Assembly (NCBI GenBank): GCA_902564295.1
Contig: CACFAO010000004.1
Span: forward strand, 7,907-71,906
From: an uncultured Pelagibacteraceae bacterium
GTDB taxonomy: Bacteria; Pseudomonadota; Alphaproteobacteria; Pelagibacterales; AG-422-B15
DNA length: 64,000 bases
Direction: 5' to 3'
Under the pieces are notes generated by a model. The model had not been told where the DNA came from and searched no databases. It was given only the letters and a program-made list of their open reading frames with translations. Positions 1 to 9,937 of the stretch are shown here, piece after piece. The translations under genes and the position numbers were made by a program. The first letter of the stretch is position 1. The number at the start of each line of letters is the position of its first letter.

Positions 1-456
1 ATCGACTTTGATGTTCATCATGGAAACGGAACGCAAGATATATTCTATGAAAATTCTAAGGTACATTACTATTCAACTCATCAATATCCATTGTATCCTG
101 GAACAGGCGATACAAATGAAAAGGGAGTAGGCAATATTGTTAATGTTCCTCTTCAAGCGGGAACAAATTCATCTCAATATCAATCGGCATTTGATGAGAT
201 GATTATAAAAAAATTACATGATCAAAAACCAGATTTTTTAATTTTATCAGCGGGTTTCGATGCTCACGAAAAAGACCCATTGGCATCACTAGAACTTTTA
301 GAAAATGATTTTAAATTGATAACACAAAAGTTGATGAGTATTGCAGATAAATATTGCGATAACCGAATTATTTCTATGCTTGAAGGTGGATATGATATAC
401 AAGCTTTAGAAAATTCAATGATTACCCATATAAGAGAGTTACAAAATAATGACTAA
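1..456 (+). CDS. Histone-deacetylase-family amidohydrolase (AcuC / acetylpolyamine amidohydrolase-like), C-terminal part; the 5' end lies outside the window
   Basis: Frame 1 is open from base 1 and reads IDFDVHHGNGTQDIFYENSKV..., the D-x-H-H-G-N-G active-site motif of the deacetylase fold. It continues into the tracked ORF with SAGFDAHEKDPLA and LEGGYD. Confidence 0.85.
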   Translation: MDFDVHHGNGTQDIFYENSKVHYYSTHQYPLYPGTGDTNEKGVGNIVNVPLQAGTNSSQYQSAFDEMIIKKLHDQKPDFLILSAGFDAHEKDPLASLELLENDFKLITQKLMSIADKYCDNRIISMLEGGYDIQALENSMITHIRELQNND

Positions 457-682
457 AATACCTGATGACATAAAAAAACTTTCTTTTGAAAAAGCCATGG
501 AAGAACTATCTGAGATTGTTGAAAATTTAGAGAGTGGAAACATTGATCTTGAAAAGTCTATTGAGTATTATACGCGTGGATCGCAATTAAGAGCTCATTG
601 CCAACAAAAATTAGACGATGCAGTTTTAAAACTTGAGGAAATCAAAGTGCTGCCAGATGGTAAAATATCTAAAAAAAAGTAA
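449..682 (+). CDS. xseB: Exodeoxyribonuclease VII small subunit
   Basis: 77 aa. LSFEKAMEELSEIVENLESGNIDLEKSIEYYTRGSQL is typical of XseB. It sits in the xseB-ispA adjacency known from E. coli. Its ATG overlaps the upstream stop by 8 nt. Confidence 0.85.
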   Translation: MTKIPDDIKKLSFEKAMEELSEIVENLESGNIDLEKSIEYYTRGSQLRAHCQQKLDDAVLKLEEIKVLPDGKISKKK

Positions 683-1501
683 ATGAAACATCAAATCATA
701 AATAGCGATTTGAAAAAATTTACTATTAAATTCAATAAATTTTTAAAAAAAAAACTGAGTAAAGATAAAAATCTATTAAATCAAGCTATTCTGTATTCAA
801 TTAATACAGGAGGTAAAAGATTTAGACCATATCTAGTATATATTTTTGGCAAAGAATTTAATTTATCAAACAGTGTAATTTTTAACTTAGCTTCAGCAAT
901 TGAAATGTTACATAATTATTCTCTCGTACATGATGATTTACCTTCTATGGATGACGATAAATTTAGGAGAGGAAAAAAAACAACGCATTATAAATTCAAT
1001 GAATATACTGCAATTCTTGCGGGATGTGCTTTATTGACTAAATCATACCAAATTTTATCTAATAGTTCTTTTAAAATATCCGACAAGAAAAAAACAAAGT
1101 TAATTGAAGTGCTGAGTAAAGTTTCAGGTGAAAAAGGGCTTCTTTTAGGGCAATACTATGATTTAAGTTTTAAGTCACCCACTGTAAGAGGGAGATTAAA
1201 ATTAAACAAATTAAAAACAGCAAGATTAATGTCTTATTGCTGTCAAGCAGTTGCGATATGTGCAAACAAAAATAAGAGTGTCGAAATTAGTATGAAAAAA
1301 ATTGGAGAGTACATCGGTGAAATTTTTCAAATCAATGATGATTTTGCAGATTTTCCGAGAATATCAAAGGTAAATACTGAGATTTTACTTAAATACAGAA
1401 AAAAACTAGCTGAAAAGACTATAAAGAATTTGATGAAAATTAAATTAAAGAAAAAAAAGACACTCTTACTTATTGATTTTTTAGTTGATCTAAAAGTTTA
1501 G
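683..1501 (+). CDS. ispA: Farnesyl diphosphate synthase (short-chain polyprenyl synthase)
   Basis: Carries both Asp-rich motifs, [18 protein letters not shown] and FQINDDFAD. The ATG directly follows the xseB TAA. Confidence 0.85.
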   Translation: MKHQIINSDLKKFTIKFNKFLKKKLSKDKNLLNQAILYSINTGGKRFRPYLVYIFGKEFNLSNSVIFNLASAIEMLHNYSLVHDDLPSMDDDKFRRGKKTTHYKFNEYTAILAGCALLTKSYQILSNSSFKISDKKKTKLIEVLSKVSGEKGLLLGQYYDLSFKSPTVRGRLKLNKLKTARLMSYCCQAVAICANKNKSVEISMKKIGEYIGEIFQINDDFADFPRISKVNTEILLKYRKKLAEKTIKNLMKIKLKKKKTLLLIDFLVDLKV

Positions 1502-2583
1502 CCACACTGTGCTCTATAGCGCAATATATGATCTAATAAAACACACGCCATCATAGCTTCAGCAATAGGGACAGCTCTCAAACCTACACATGGATCGTGA
1601 CGACCTTTTGTTGAAATCGTTGTATTTTGAAATTTATTATTAATTGTTTTTTTTGCCTTCAAAATTGACGACGTTGGTTTAATCGTTATTGATAAATTTA
1701 AATCTTGACCACTTGATATACCACCTAAGATTCCGCCAGAGTTATTAGAAGAAAAGATAATTTTTTTATTTTTATTAGCTCTTATTTCATCGGAATTCTC
1801 ATCTCCTGATAATTCAACAGCCTCATTACCAGCTCCTATTTCAACACCTTTAACAGCGTTGATACTCATCATTGCACCTGCAAGGTCAGCATCTAATTTA
1901 CCATATACAGGTTCTCCAAGTCCGGCGGGAACATTTTTAGCATTTACTAATAATTTTGCACCCAATGATGATCCTTTTTTTCTAGTTTCATCTAGGTACT
2001 CTTCCCAAACTTTAACTATTTTTTTATCAGGACAGAAAAATGAATTTTTCTTTACATCATTCCAATTGAAATTTCTTTGATTAACTGCAAGCTTACCAAC
2101 TTGTGTGACTGCACCTTGAATTAAAATATCTTTTTTTAAAATATGGCCAATCACCTTTCTTGCGACAGCGCCAGCAGCTACTCTACTCGCAGTTTCTCTT
2201 GCGGAAGAACGACCTCCACCTCTATAATCTCTTATTCCATATTTCAAAAAATATGTTAGGTCAGCATGTCCAGGTCTAAATTTATTTTTTATATCGCTGT
2301 AATCTTTTGATTTCTGATCTCTGTTCCAAATTAACAGCATTATCGGAGTTCCAGTTGTTTTTCCCTCAAAGACACCAGATAAAATTGAAACTTTATCATC
2401 TTCTCTTCTTTGGGTAACAAATCGATTTTTTCCTGGCTTTCTCATATCCAAATATTTCTGAATATCCTTTTCCATAAGTGGTATTAGAGGAGGGCAACCA
2501 TCAATTACACATCCAATAGCCTCCCCATGAGATTCCCCCCATGTTGTAAATCGAAAATTTTTTCCAAAAGTATTAAATGACAT
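1498..2583 (-). CDS. aroC: Chorismate synthase
   Basis: 361 aa. Contains [27 protein letters not shown] and KGRHDPCVG signature regions. Confidence 0.95.
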   Translation of the reverse strand: MSFNTFGKNFRFTTWGESHGEAIGCVIDGCPPLIPLMEKDIQKYLDMRKPGKNRFVTQRREDDKVSILSGVFEGKTTGTPIMLLIWNRDQKSKDYSDIKNKFRPGHADLTYFLKYGIRDYRGGGRSSARETASRVAAGAVARKVIGHILKKDILIQGAVTQVGKLAVNQRNFNWNDVKKNSFFCPDKKIVKVWEEYLDETRKKGSSLGAKLLVNAKNVPAGLGEPVYGKLDADLAGAMMSINAVKGVEIGAGNEAVELSGDENSDEIRANKNKKIIFSSNNSGGILGGISSGQDLNLSITIKPTSSILKAKKTINNKFQNTTISTKGRHDPCVGLRAVPIAEAMMACVLLDHILRYRAQCG

Positions 2584-2592
2584 ATTTATTTT

Positions 2593-3573
2593 TTATTTGT
2601 CTCTGATTATTAAATGATCCACCAATTCATCAAGATACACTTTATATTTATTTCCTTCAAATTTATTAATATTAGTTTTAGCTTTTTCTGCGTATTTTCT
2701 GACAAATTCGATTGAACTCTTATAAGTATTAGTTTTCTTCATTAGATTTAGAAGTACAGCCAGATCTTTTTTACTTCTTTTTCTCTTAAAAAAGAGTTTG
2801 GCTATAATTTTTTTTGACTTTTTATCAGATTTTTTGAAACAATGAATGACTGGATATGTTACTTTACCCTCAAAAAAATCTTTCCCAACACTTTTTCCCA
2901 TTTTGCTCGAGTCACCAAAATAATCTAATACGTCGTCAGATAATTGAAAGGCCATGCCAAAATTAAAACCAAAATCATTAAATATTTTTTGAGTTTTTTT
3001 ATTTTGGTCAGTAATGATGGTTGGTAAGAAACAAGATATCCTAAAAAGCTCAGCAGTTTTAGCATCTATGATAGATAAATACTTCTTTTCTGTTAAGTTG
3101 ACATTTTGATTGTTGCCCACGTCTTGTATTTGTCCTCTCGCTAAAATGAGTGATGTTTGAGACAATATTTCTAGCAGCTTCAGTGATTTATTTTTTACCA
3201 TTAGCTTAAAAGCTCTACTTAAAAGGTAATCTCCAACTAAAACACTTACTTTATTTCCCCATATTTGATTTGCGCTTAATTTTCCTCTTCTGATCTTTCC
3301 TGTATCAATTACATCATCATGCAACAAAGTAGCGTTATGAATAAACTCGATGCAGACAGCAAGTGTTACATCCGCATTACCTTTGTAATTTAGCATTTTT
3401 GATACAAGCAAGGTAAGAAGGGGCCTTATTTTTTTTCCTTTAGCTTTAATGAGATGGCCTGCAGTTAATGTAATTAATTTTTCTTCATCCTTGATGTTCT
3501 TACTGATTTCTCTTTCAACTCTCTTCAGAGAGCTTTTAAGTAAATTCGATAATGATTTTACTGGGGTATTCAC
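2593..3573 (-). CDS. ispB: Octaprenyl (long-chain) diphosphate synthase
   Basis: 326 aa. Asp-rich motifs LLHDDVIDTGKIRRGK and FQLSDDVLDY. Lies 9 nt upstream of aroC on the same strand. Confidence 0.9.
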   Translation of the reverse strand: MNTPVKSLSNLLKSSLKRVEREISKNIKDEEKLITLTAGHLIKAKGKKIRPLLTLLVSKMLNYKGNADVTLAVCIEFIHNATLLHDDVIDTGKIRRGKLSANQIWGNKVSVLVGDYLLSRAFKLMVKNKSLKLLEILSQTSLILARGQIQDVGNNQNVNLTEKKYLSIIDAKTAELFRISCFLPTIITDQNKKTQKIFNDFGFNFGMAFQLSDDVLDYFGDSSKMGKSVGKDFFEGKVTYPVIHCFKKSDKKSKKIIAKLFFKRKRSKKDLAVLLNLMKKTNTYKSSIEFVRKYAEKAKTNINKFEGNKYKVYLDELVDHLIIRDK

Positions 3574-3665
3574 TTATTAATTATGATTTTGTTTTATATT
3601 TAGATGTACTTATAATATAGTCTCATATAATTAAAAGTTATTGATTTCAGGCAAAAATTAAAAAA

Positions 3666-4472
3666 ATGAGCTTAATATCCTCTAAAACAAGAATAAATAT
3701 AGTTGGCTTGCGAGGTGTTATCGGAGATCTCGGTAGATTTCAAAAGGGACTTACACTTGAGAATTGTGCTGCTATTCTTGAGAAAGCTTTTAGCTTTAAA
3801 AAGCCATCGGTAGTAGTCATTAAGATCAACTCACCAGGTGGGTCACCGGTACAATCTGAACTGATACACAACCGTATAAGAAATTTATCAAAGAAAAACA
3901 ATGTAAAAGTGATTACGATCGCGGAGGATGTTGCTGCCTCAGGAGGTTATATGCTGATGTGTGCAGGAGATACCTTAATCGCCAATAAAAGTTCTATAGT
4001 CGGATCAATAGGTGTGATCAGTGCCTCTTTTGGATTCAAAAAATTAATAGATAAACTAGGCATTAAAAGGAGAGTTTTTACAAAAGGAGATAGAAAATCG
4101 TTTCTCGATCCATTTGAAGAAGTTTCTAAAAAAGACATAGATAAGCTGATCAAAGTTCAGGATAGCATATTTGAAAATTTTAAAGATTTAGTATCAAAAA
4201 ATAGAAAAAAGAAAATAGACCCAAAAAAAGTTTTTAATGGGGAGTTTTGGACAGGCGAACAAGCAAAAAAACTAGGTTTAGTAGATTCTAATGAAGAACT
4301 AAACTCATACATTGAAAAACATTATGGAAAAAAATTAAAGATTAGAAACATAGAAGAAAAAAAATCATTCATTAAAAATATTTTAAATAATCAGATTTCA
4401 AATAACGATATTGTTGACCGGCTTACAGAAGCTCTAAGGGAAAATTCTTTCTGGAGTCGATATGGCCTCTAA
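3666..4472 (+). CDS. sppA: S49-family signal peptide peptidase (SppA 36K / SohB-like)
   Basis: [12 protein letters not shown] and the [13 protein letters not shown] Ser-nucleophile region. 268 aa. Confidence 0.8.
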   Translation: MSLISSKTRINIVGLRGVIGDLGRFQKGLTLENCAAILEKAFSFKKPSVVVIKINSPGGSPVQSELIHNRIRNLSKKNNVKVITIAEDVAASGGYMLMCAGDTLIANKSSIVGSIGVISASFGFKKLIDKLGIKRRVFTKGDRKSFLDPFEEVSKKDIDKLIKVQDSIFENFKDLVSKNRKKKIDPKKVFNGEFWTGEQAKKLGLVDSNEELNSYIEKHYGKKLKIRNIEEKKSFIKNILNNQISNNDIVDRLTEALRENSFWSRYGL

Positions 4473-5820
4473 AAACATGGAAGACCTCGTTTCATTATGT
4501 AAAAGACGGGGGTTTATTTTTCAATCAAGTGAAATTTATGGTGGCTTGCAAGGAATATATGACTATGGTCCACTCGGAGTAGAATTAAAAAATAACCTTA
4601 AATCCTCGTGGTGGAAATCAATGATCTATGATCGAGATGACGTTGAAGGACTTGATGCATCAATTTTAACAAGTAGGCATGTATTAAAATATTCAGGCCA
4701 TGAAGATACTTTCTCTGATCCATTAGTCGACTGTAGAAATTGCAAAAATAGATTTAGATCTGACCAGGCCACGGATGGAAAATGTCCATCTTGTGGGTCT
4801 AGTGATCTAACTGAACCTCGACCATTTAATCTTATGTTTAAAACCACAGTTGGTCCTGTAGATGATGGCAGTAATTATGCTTACCTAAGACCTGAAACCG
4901 CACAGCAAATTTTTACAAATTTTAAAAATATATTGGATTCAACAAGTAAGACCATTCCTTTTGGAATCGCACAGATAGGCAAAGCTTTTAGAAATGAAGT
5001 GACTCCTGGTAAATTCATATTCAGAGTTAGGGAGTTTGAACAAATGGAATTAGAATTTTTCGTTGAACCAGGTAAAGATGACGAGTGGCATAAATATTGG
5101 GTAGACAAGAGGTATTCATGGTGGATTGATCAAGGCATATCTGAAAAAAGATTAAAAAAGCTAGACGTTGAAGATGCTGACCTATCTCACTACTCAAAAG
5201 CTACTGTAGATCTTATGTATGAATTTCCACATGGACTTGAAGAATTAGAAGGTATAGCAAACAGAACTGATTTCGATCTTGGCTCTCACACTAAAAATCA
5301 AAGTGACTTTAAAATATCCGCAAATGTAATGAAAAATAACCAATCAACAACAAAATTAAGTATTCAAAATTTAGAAAGTAAAGAATGGTACATCCCGTAT
5401 GTTATAGAACCCTCCGCTGGTGTTGATCGAGGTGTACTTGCTCTACTCAATGAAGCTTACAAGGAGGAGGATTTAGAAAACGGAAATAAAAGAATTGTAT
5501 TAAGTTTAAAACCGCATCTGTCTCCAATTAAAGCGGCAGTAATTCCTCTAAAAAGAAATAATGAGGATCTATTCAATAAAGCAAGCAAGATTAAGAATGA
5601 TCTTCAAGCACTAGGTATGGGAAGGGTCATTTTAGAAAGCTCTGGTAATATTGGAAAAGGTTACAGACGTCATGATGAGATTGGCACACCTATTTGTATA
5701 ACAGTTGACTTTGAAACAATCGAAAATGATACAGTGACTATAAGAGATAGAGATACTATGTCACAAAAAAGAGTTTCATCTCAAGACTTAAACCTTGAAT
5801 ATAAAAAAGTTTTTAATTAA
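4462..5820 (+). CDS. glyQS: Glycyl-tRNA synthetase, homodimeric alpha2 (GlyQS) type
   Basis: 452 aa class II aaRS. Contains [29 protein letters not shown], the Zn-ribbon insertion [11 protein letters not shown]...[30 protein letters not shown] and [13 protein letters not shown]. An alternative start at M6 (4477) would remove the 11-nt overlap with sppA. Confidence 0.9.
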   Translation: MASKNMEDLVSLCKRRGFIFQSSEIYGGLQGIYDYGPLGVELKNNLKSSWWKSMIYDRDDVEGLDASILTSRHVLKYSGHEDTFSDPLVDCRNCKNRFRSDQATDGKCPSCGSSDLTEPRPFNLMFKTTVGPVDDGSNYAYLRPETAQQIFTNFKNILDSTSKTIPFGIAQIGKAFRNEVTPGKFIFRVREFEQMELEFFVEPGKDDEWHKYWVDKRYSWWIDQGISEKRLKKLDVEDADLSHYSKATVDLMYEFPHGLEELEGIANRTDFDLGSHTKNQSDFKISANVMKNNQSTTKLSIQNLESKEWYIPYVIEPSAGVDRGVLALLNEAYKEEDLENGNKRIVLSLKPHLSPIKAAVIPLKRNNEDLFNKASKIKNDLQALGMGRVILESSGNIGKGYRRHDEIGTPICITVDFETIENDTVTIRDRDTMSQKRVSSQDLNLEYKKVFN

Positions 5821-6282
5821 CTATATATCTCTTCTCGGAAATTCTATTTTGCTAAATGGCCAAGAGTTTTCTAACCATTCCTTAAATGTTTTTCCTAATT
5901 CATCCTCTAAGCCGCTATCAAGTAAATCCTGTTTTATCCAATAGTATGCTTGTACTTCGTACTCAGGGTTATCGGAGGGATAAATATAGCAACAACCGAT
6001 TACATCATTCTCTTCTTTTTTTGACAGAACTGTGTAAGCGAAAGAATGTCTAAGAGAAAACTCCACTTCATGCCATCCCAGATCAGCAAGATCTTCATTT
6101 AATGTCATTCCTTTTGGCCATTCACTATCGTCCATTAGTTTATATAGATGATCTTCACTTTTCATCACTGCCTCATAGTCTTTATCGACATATTTTATTG
6201 TTAGTGGTCTTAAGATAAAATTTTCAGTTATAAATTCTGTAGGAACTTTAAAGCTGTTTTTAACTATTGGACGACTGTACAT
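5821..6282 (-). CDS. Small GNAT-like acetyltransferase-fold protein (function unknown)
   Basis: 153 aa with an NFILRPL start and a ...VIGCCYIYP... core, resembling a short GNAT family. This is weak motif-level recognition only. Its stop codon abuts the glyQS stop with zero spacer. Confidence 0.45.
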   Translation of the reverse strand: MYSRPIVKNSFKVPTEFITENFILRPLTIKYVDKDYEAVMKSEDHLYKLMDDSEWPKGMTLNEDLADLGWHEVEFSLRHSFAYTVLSKKEENDVIGCCYIYPSDNPEYEVQAYYWIKQDLLDSGLEDELGKTFKEWLENSWPFSKIEFPRRDI

Positions 6283-7167
6283 TTAAATTTCAAGTCCAAA
6301 ATCAACGTTTTCAATACTATGGGTAAGTTGTCCGATTGAAATTCTATCAATTTTTGTTTTCGCATAAGATTTAATATTTTTTAAATTAATATTTCCAGAT
6401 GCCTCACAAAGAAACCTTTTTTTAACAATTTTTAAGCACTGAGAAATTTGTTTTTCAGTCATATTATCGAGAAGCACAATATCTATTTCCTGATTTAAAA
6501 TTTTTTTCAGTTGTTTGATTGTGTCAATTTCTACTGTAATTTTCTTTTTTAATTTTGATTTTTTAATTTTTTTTATACTCTCAACCAATCCTTCTTTATT
6601 TCCAAGATGGTTGTCTTTTATGAAATAAAAATCTGATAAAGAGGCCCTGTTTACATGTGCACCGCCAATTGTAAGAGCATATTTTTGTATCTGTCTCACC
6701 CCAGCAATTGTTTTTCTCGTTGAATAAATTTTAACTCCATAAGGTGCAGCAATATCAACAAATTTTCTTGTTTTTGTTGCAATGCCAGACATGAACCCTA
6801 AAAAGTTTAGAGCTGTTCTCTCTGCAATTAATATACTTTGTGCATCACCATTAACGTCAATAATTTTATTTCCTTTAACTACTTTACTTCCATCTTTTTT
6901 TAGAACTTTTATTTTAATTTTACTATTGAGTGCTTTAAATGTTTGAATAGCAAACTCAGTTCCACAGACAATTGCATTCTCTTTTGCGACTATAGACGCT
7001 TTTATCTTAGTTTTTTTAGAAATTAAAGCTTTTGAGGTTATGTCACCATATCTACCAAAATCTTCTTTCAAAGCAATTTTGATTTTTTCCTTAATATCTT
7101 TTTTAGCTAACAAGTTTTTCATCAACTTCTGATATAGAAGAGTCCAAGATAGTTTCGATATAACCAT
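6283..7167 (-). CDS. nadC: Nicotinate-nucleotide pyrophosphorylase (quinolinate phosphoribosyltransferase)
   Basis: Contains ERTALNFLGFMSGIATKT, TRKTIAGVR, KDNH and LDNM motifs. The likely true start is M16 (ATG at 7122), giving a 20-nt rather than 65-nt overlap with nadB. Confidence 0.9.
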   Translation of the reverse strand: MVISKLSWTLLYQKLMKNLLAKKDIKEKIKIALKEDFGRYGDITSKALISKKTKIKASIVAKENAIVCGTEFAIQTFKALNSKIKIKVLKKDGSKVVKGNKIIDVNGDAQSILIAERTALNFLGFMSGIATKTRKFVDIAAPYGVKIYSTRKTIAGVRQIQKYALTIGGAHVNRASLSDFYFIKDNHLGNKEGLVESIKKIKKSKLKKKITVEIDTIKQLKKILNQEIDIVLLDNMTEKQISQCLKIVKKRFLCEASGNINLKNIKSYAKTKIDRISIGQLTHSIENVDFGLEI

Positions 7168-8716
7168 CTATTTCTGAATATTTAATATCAAAATGCTTAA
7201 TAAAATCTTTATCAGTATCTTGGTAATCAGATCTTAAATGACAACCTCGACTTTCTCTTCTTAAATAAGCGCCTATGATAATAAATTTGCTAACCAAAAT
7301 CATATCATTAAGTTTAGCTGAAAGGCCTTTTGACTCTCTCTCAATTTTTAGTACATCATTTAGACCTCTAATAATAGAGTCTTTATTTCTCACAATTCCT
7401 AAATTTCTCATCATTGAAGACCTTAATTGCCATATATATTTTTTTGCTCTTATTTTATTTTTAGTTTTCTCTTTAAAAATTTTTATAAATTTAGAGCTAA
7501 TATGAATATCCTTTTTTATATCCTTTTTATTTATTTCATTTGCAATAATCTTAGCAAATACAAGAGACTCTAATAGTGAATTTGATGCAAGGCGGTTCGC
7601 TCCATGAATACCAGTTGCAGCAACCTCTCCGCAGCACCAGAGCCCTTCAACAGAAGTCTGTCCTTTTAGATCAGTTTTTACTCCACCTATATGATAATGA
7701 GCGACAGGAATTATTGGCAGCAGGTCTCTTTCGGGATCTAAGTCTGCATTTTCACAATAGGATGAAACTTGAGGAAAACGAGTGTTAAAATTACTACCCA
7801 TATGCCTACAATCTAAAAATACTGAATTTCCTTTTTCAATTTGTTTGAATATATTTTGAGCAATAAGATCTCGTGGTGCCAACTCATTATCAGGATGAAC
7901 ACCAAACATAAACCGTTCTTCATCTTGATTTACAAGGTAAGCCCCTTCACCTCTAATCGCCTCAGTAGCCAAAGGAGTAGGATCTACGCCAAAATCAAGA
8001 CCTGTTGGGTGAAATTGTACAAACTCCATGTCAGTAAGTGTTGCACCAGCATGAGATGCCAATGCCACGCCCTCTCCATAAGAACTTCGTGGGTTGGTCG
8101 TATTTGCAAAAATACCTCCTAAACCACCTGTTGCTAAAACTACATGAGAACTTTGGATAACTACATTACTGTCAGGAACATTATCGTCAGTAAATCTTCC
8201 AATTACTCCGTAAATAGTATTTTTTTCTGTCATAATTCGATCAATTGAAACATTTTCTAAAACTGTGATGTGATCACTTTTTTTTACTTTTTCAATTAAG
8301 CCACGCATGATTTCAAGACCAGAACTATCACCTTTTGACCTTATGATTCTATTGAAGCTATGAGCGCCTTCTAGCCCTAAATTAAAAGTACCATCTGCAT
8401 TTTTATCAAAATTAACTCCGTATCCCTCTAAATCATCAATGATGCCTTTTGCATTATTTATAACTTCTTTGATCGCATCGATATTCGCTAAGCCTTTTGC
8501 TGTAGTCAAAGTATCATTAATATGACTTTCATTACTGTCATCTTTTGAAACTGCCGCGGCAATTCCTCCTTGAGCCCAACTGCTTGAAGTATTTATTCCA
8601 AGTGAATTTTTAGTAATTACGCAAACTTTTCTTGGTGCTAAGTTGAGCGCAACAGTTAAACCTGCCACACCTCCACCCACTATTACAACATCAGGGCTAT
8701 AAATAGCATCAGACAT
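7103..8716 (-). CDS. nadB: L-aspartate oxidase
   Basis: 537 aa. FAD-binding N-terminus VVIVGGGVAGL, then WAQGGIAA, FHPTGL and HIGGVKTD motifs of the succinate dehydrogenase/fumarate reductase flavoprotein family. Confidence 0.95.
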   Translation of the reverse strand: MSDAIYSPDVVIVGGGVAGLTVALNLAPRKVCVITKNSLGINTSSSWAQGGIAAAVSKDDSNESHINDTLTTAKGLANIDAIKEVINNAKGIIDDLEGYGVNFDKNADGTFNLGLEGAHSFNRIIRSKGDSSGLEIMRGLIEKVKKSDHITVLENVSIDRIMTEKNTIYGVIGRFTDDNVPDSNVVIQSSHVVLATGGLGGIFANTTNPRSSYGEGVALASHAGATLTDMEFVQFHPTGLDFGVDPTPLATEAIRGEGAYLVNQDEERFMFGVHPDNELAPRDLIAQNIFKQIEKGNSVFLDCRHMGSNFNTRFPQVSSYCENADLDPERDLLPIIPVAHYHIGGVKTDLKGQTSVEGLWCCGEVAATGIHGANRLASNSLLESLVFAKIIANEINKKDIKKDIHISSKFIKIFKEKTKNKIRAKKYIWQLRSSMMRNLGIVRNKDSIIRGLNDVLKIERESKGLSAKLNDMILVSKFIIIGAYLRRESRGCHLRSDYQDTDKDFIKHFDIKYSEIDGYIETILDSSISEVDEKLVS

Positions 8717-9738
8717 TAGCTGCTTCTGCCAATTTCAAGCATGCGATCAATGGAAAGACGAGCTTTATCAATAATTGCTTTATCAATTTGAATTTGAAAC
8801 TGGTTAAATCGTATTGCGTCATAAATTTTCTTTAGAGAAATTCTTTTCATATGCGGACATAGATTGCAAGGTCTGATAAATTCGACCTTAGGATTCTCGA
8901 TGGCAACATTGTCACTCATTGAGCATTCCGTAACCATAATTACCTTTCCAGGTTGGTTATCTTTTACATAATTACTCATACCAGCCGTTGAGCCTGCAAA
9001 GTCACTTACCGCAATTACCTCAGGAGAACATTCAGGATGCGCTAATACAACAATATTTTTGTGTTGTTTTTTATAAGCCATTATTTCATCTGCAGTAAAT
9101 CTTTCATGTACCTCACACCGACCTTTCCAAGAAATAATTTTCACATCTGTTTGAGCTGCAATATTTTTTGCAAGGTATTCGTCAGGTAGAAATATAACTT
9201 TATCAACACCTAAAGATTCTACTACATGTTTTGCATTTCCTGATGTACAGCACACATCTGTTTCTGCTTTTACATCAGCTGATGTGTTTACATATGTAAC
9301 AACTGGTACGCCAGGATATTTTTGCTTTAATAATCTTATGTCCTCTGCGGTAATTGACTCAGATAAAGAACATCCCGCACGAGTGTCTGGAATTAAAACA
9401 TTTTTATCTGGGCTAAGTATTTTTGCTGTTTCAGCCATAAAATGAACGCCACAAACAATTATTGTATCTGCTTCAGAGTCTCTTGCCTCGTAAGCCAATT
9501 TTAATGAGTCACCAACAATGTCAGATACGCAGTGAAAGATTTCAGGTGTCTGGTAATTGTGAGTTAAAATTGAAATATTTTTTTCTTTTTTTAGTTTATT
9601 TATTTCATGAATAAGCGGAGCATGAAATGGCCACTCAACTTCAGGTATTATTTTCTCTACACCCTTATATAGATGAGCCGTTGCATCTTTTACTTCAGAA
9701 TTAAAATCTGATGGATATTGCAAATTTTCATTCAACAT
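8716..9738 (-). CDS. nadA: Quinolinate synthase
   Basis: 340 aa. Contains [30 protein letters not shown] and HPEC motifs. The gene order is nadA-nadB-nadC with a 1-nt overlap to nadB. Confidence 0.95.
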   Translation of the reverse strand: MLNENLQYPSDFNSEVKDATAHLYKGVEKIIPEVEWPFHAPLIHEINKLKKEKNISILTHNYQTPEIFHCVSDIVGDSLKLAYEARDSEADTIIVCGVHFMAETAKILSPDKNVLIPDTRAGCSLSESITAEDIRLLKQKYPGVPVVTYVNTSADVKAETDVCCTSGNAKHVVESLGVDKVIFLPDEYLAKNIAAQTDVKIISWKGRCEVHERFTADEIMAYKKQHKNIVVLAHPECSPEVIAVSDFAGSTAGMSNYVKDNQPGKVIMVTECSMSDNVAIENPKVEFIRPCNLCPHMKRISLKKIYDAIRFNQFQIQIDKAIIDKARLSIDRMLEIGRSS

Positions 9739-9828
9739 AATTATTTTTTAATATAGTTTAATAGTACAATTATAGTTAAATGTATATATTTCAACATATC
9801 AACAATTATAGAAAAAACATGGAAATCT

Positions 9829-9914
9829 GCCGTCGTGCTGGAATTGGTAGACAGGCTGGTTTGAGGGATCAGTGAACATAGTTCGTGAGAGTTCGAGTCT
9901 CTCCGACGGCACCA
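9829..9914 (+). tRNA. tRNA-Leu (anticodon GAG)
   Basis: Hand-folded cloverleaf. Acceptor GCCGTCG/CGACGGC pairs perfectly. Anticodon stem is CTGGT/ATCAG with loop TTGAGGG. It has a long variable arm, T arm GAGAG-TTCGAGT-CTCTC and an encoded CCA. Confidence 0.9.
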
Positions 9915-9937
9915 TATGGTAATAGGTAAAAAATAAG

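Noticed and set aside
6283-7167. 65-nt nadB/nadC overlap as a possible programmed frameshift or fusion.
   Set aside because: An in-frame ATG at 7122 gives a normal NadC N-terminus (MKNLLAKKDIKEKIKIALKEDFG...) and an ordinary 20-nt overlap, so no frameshift needs to be invoked.
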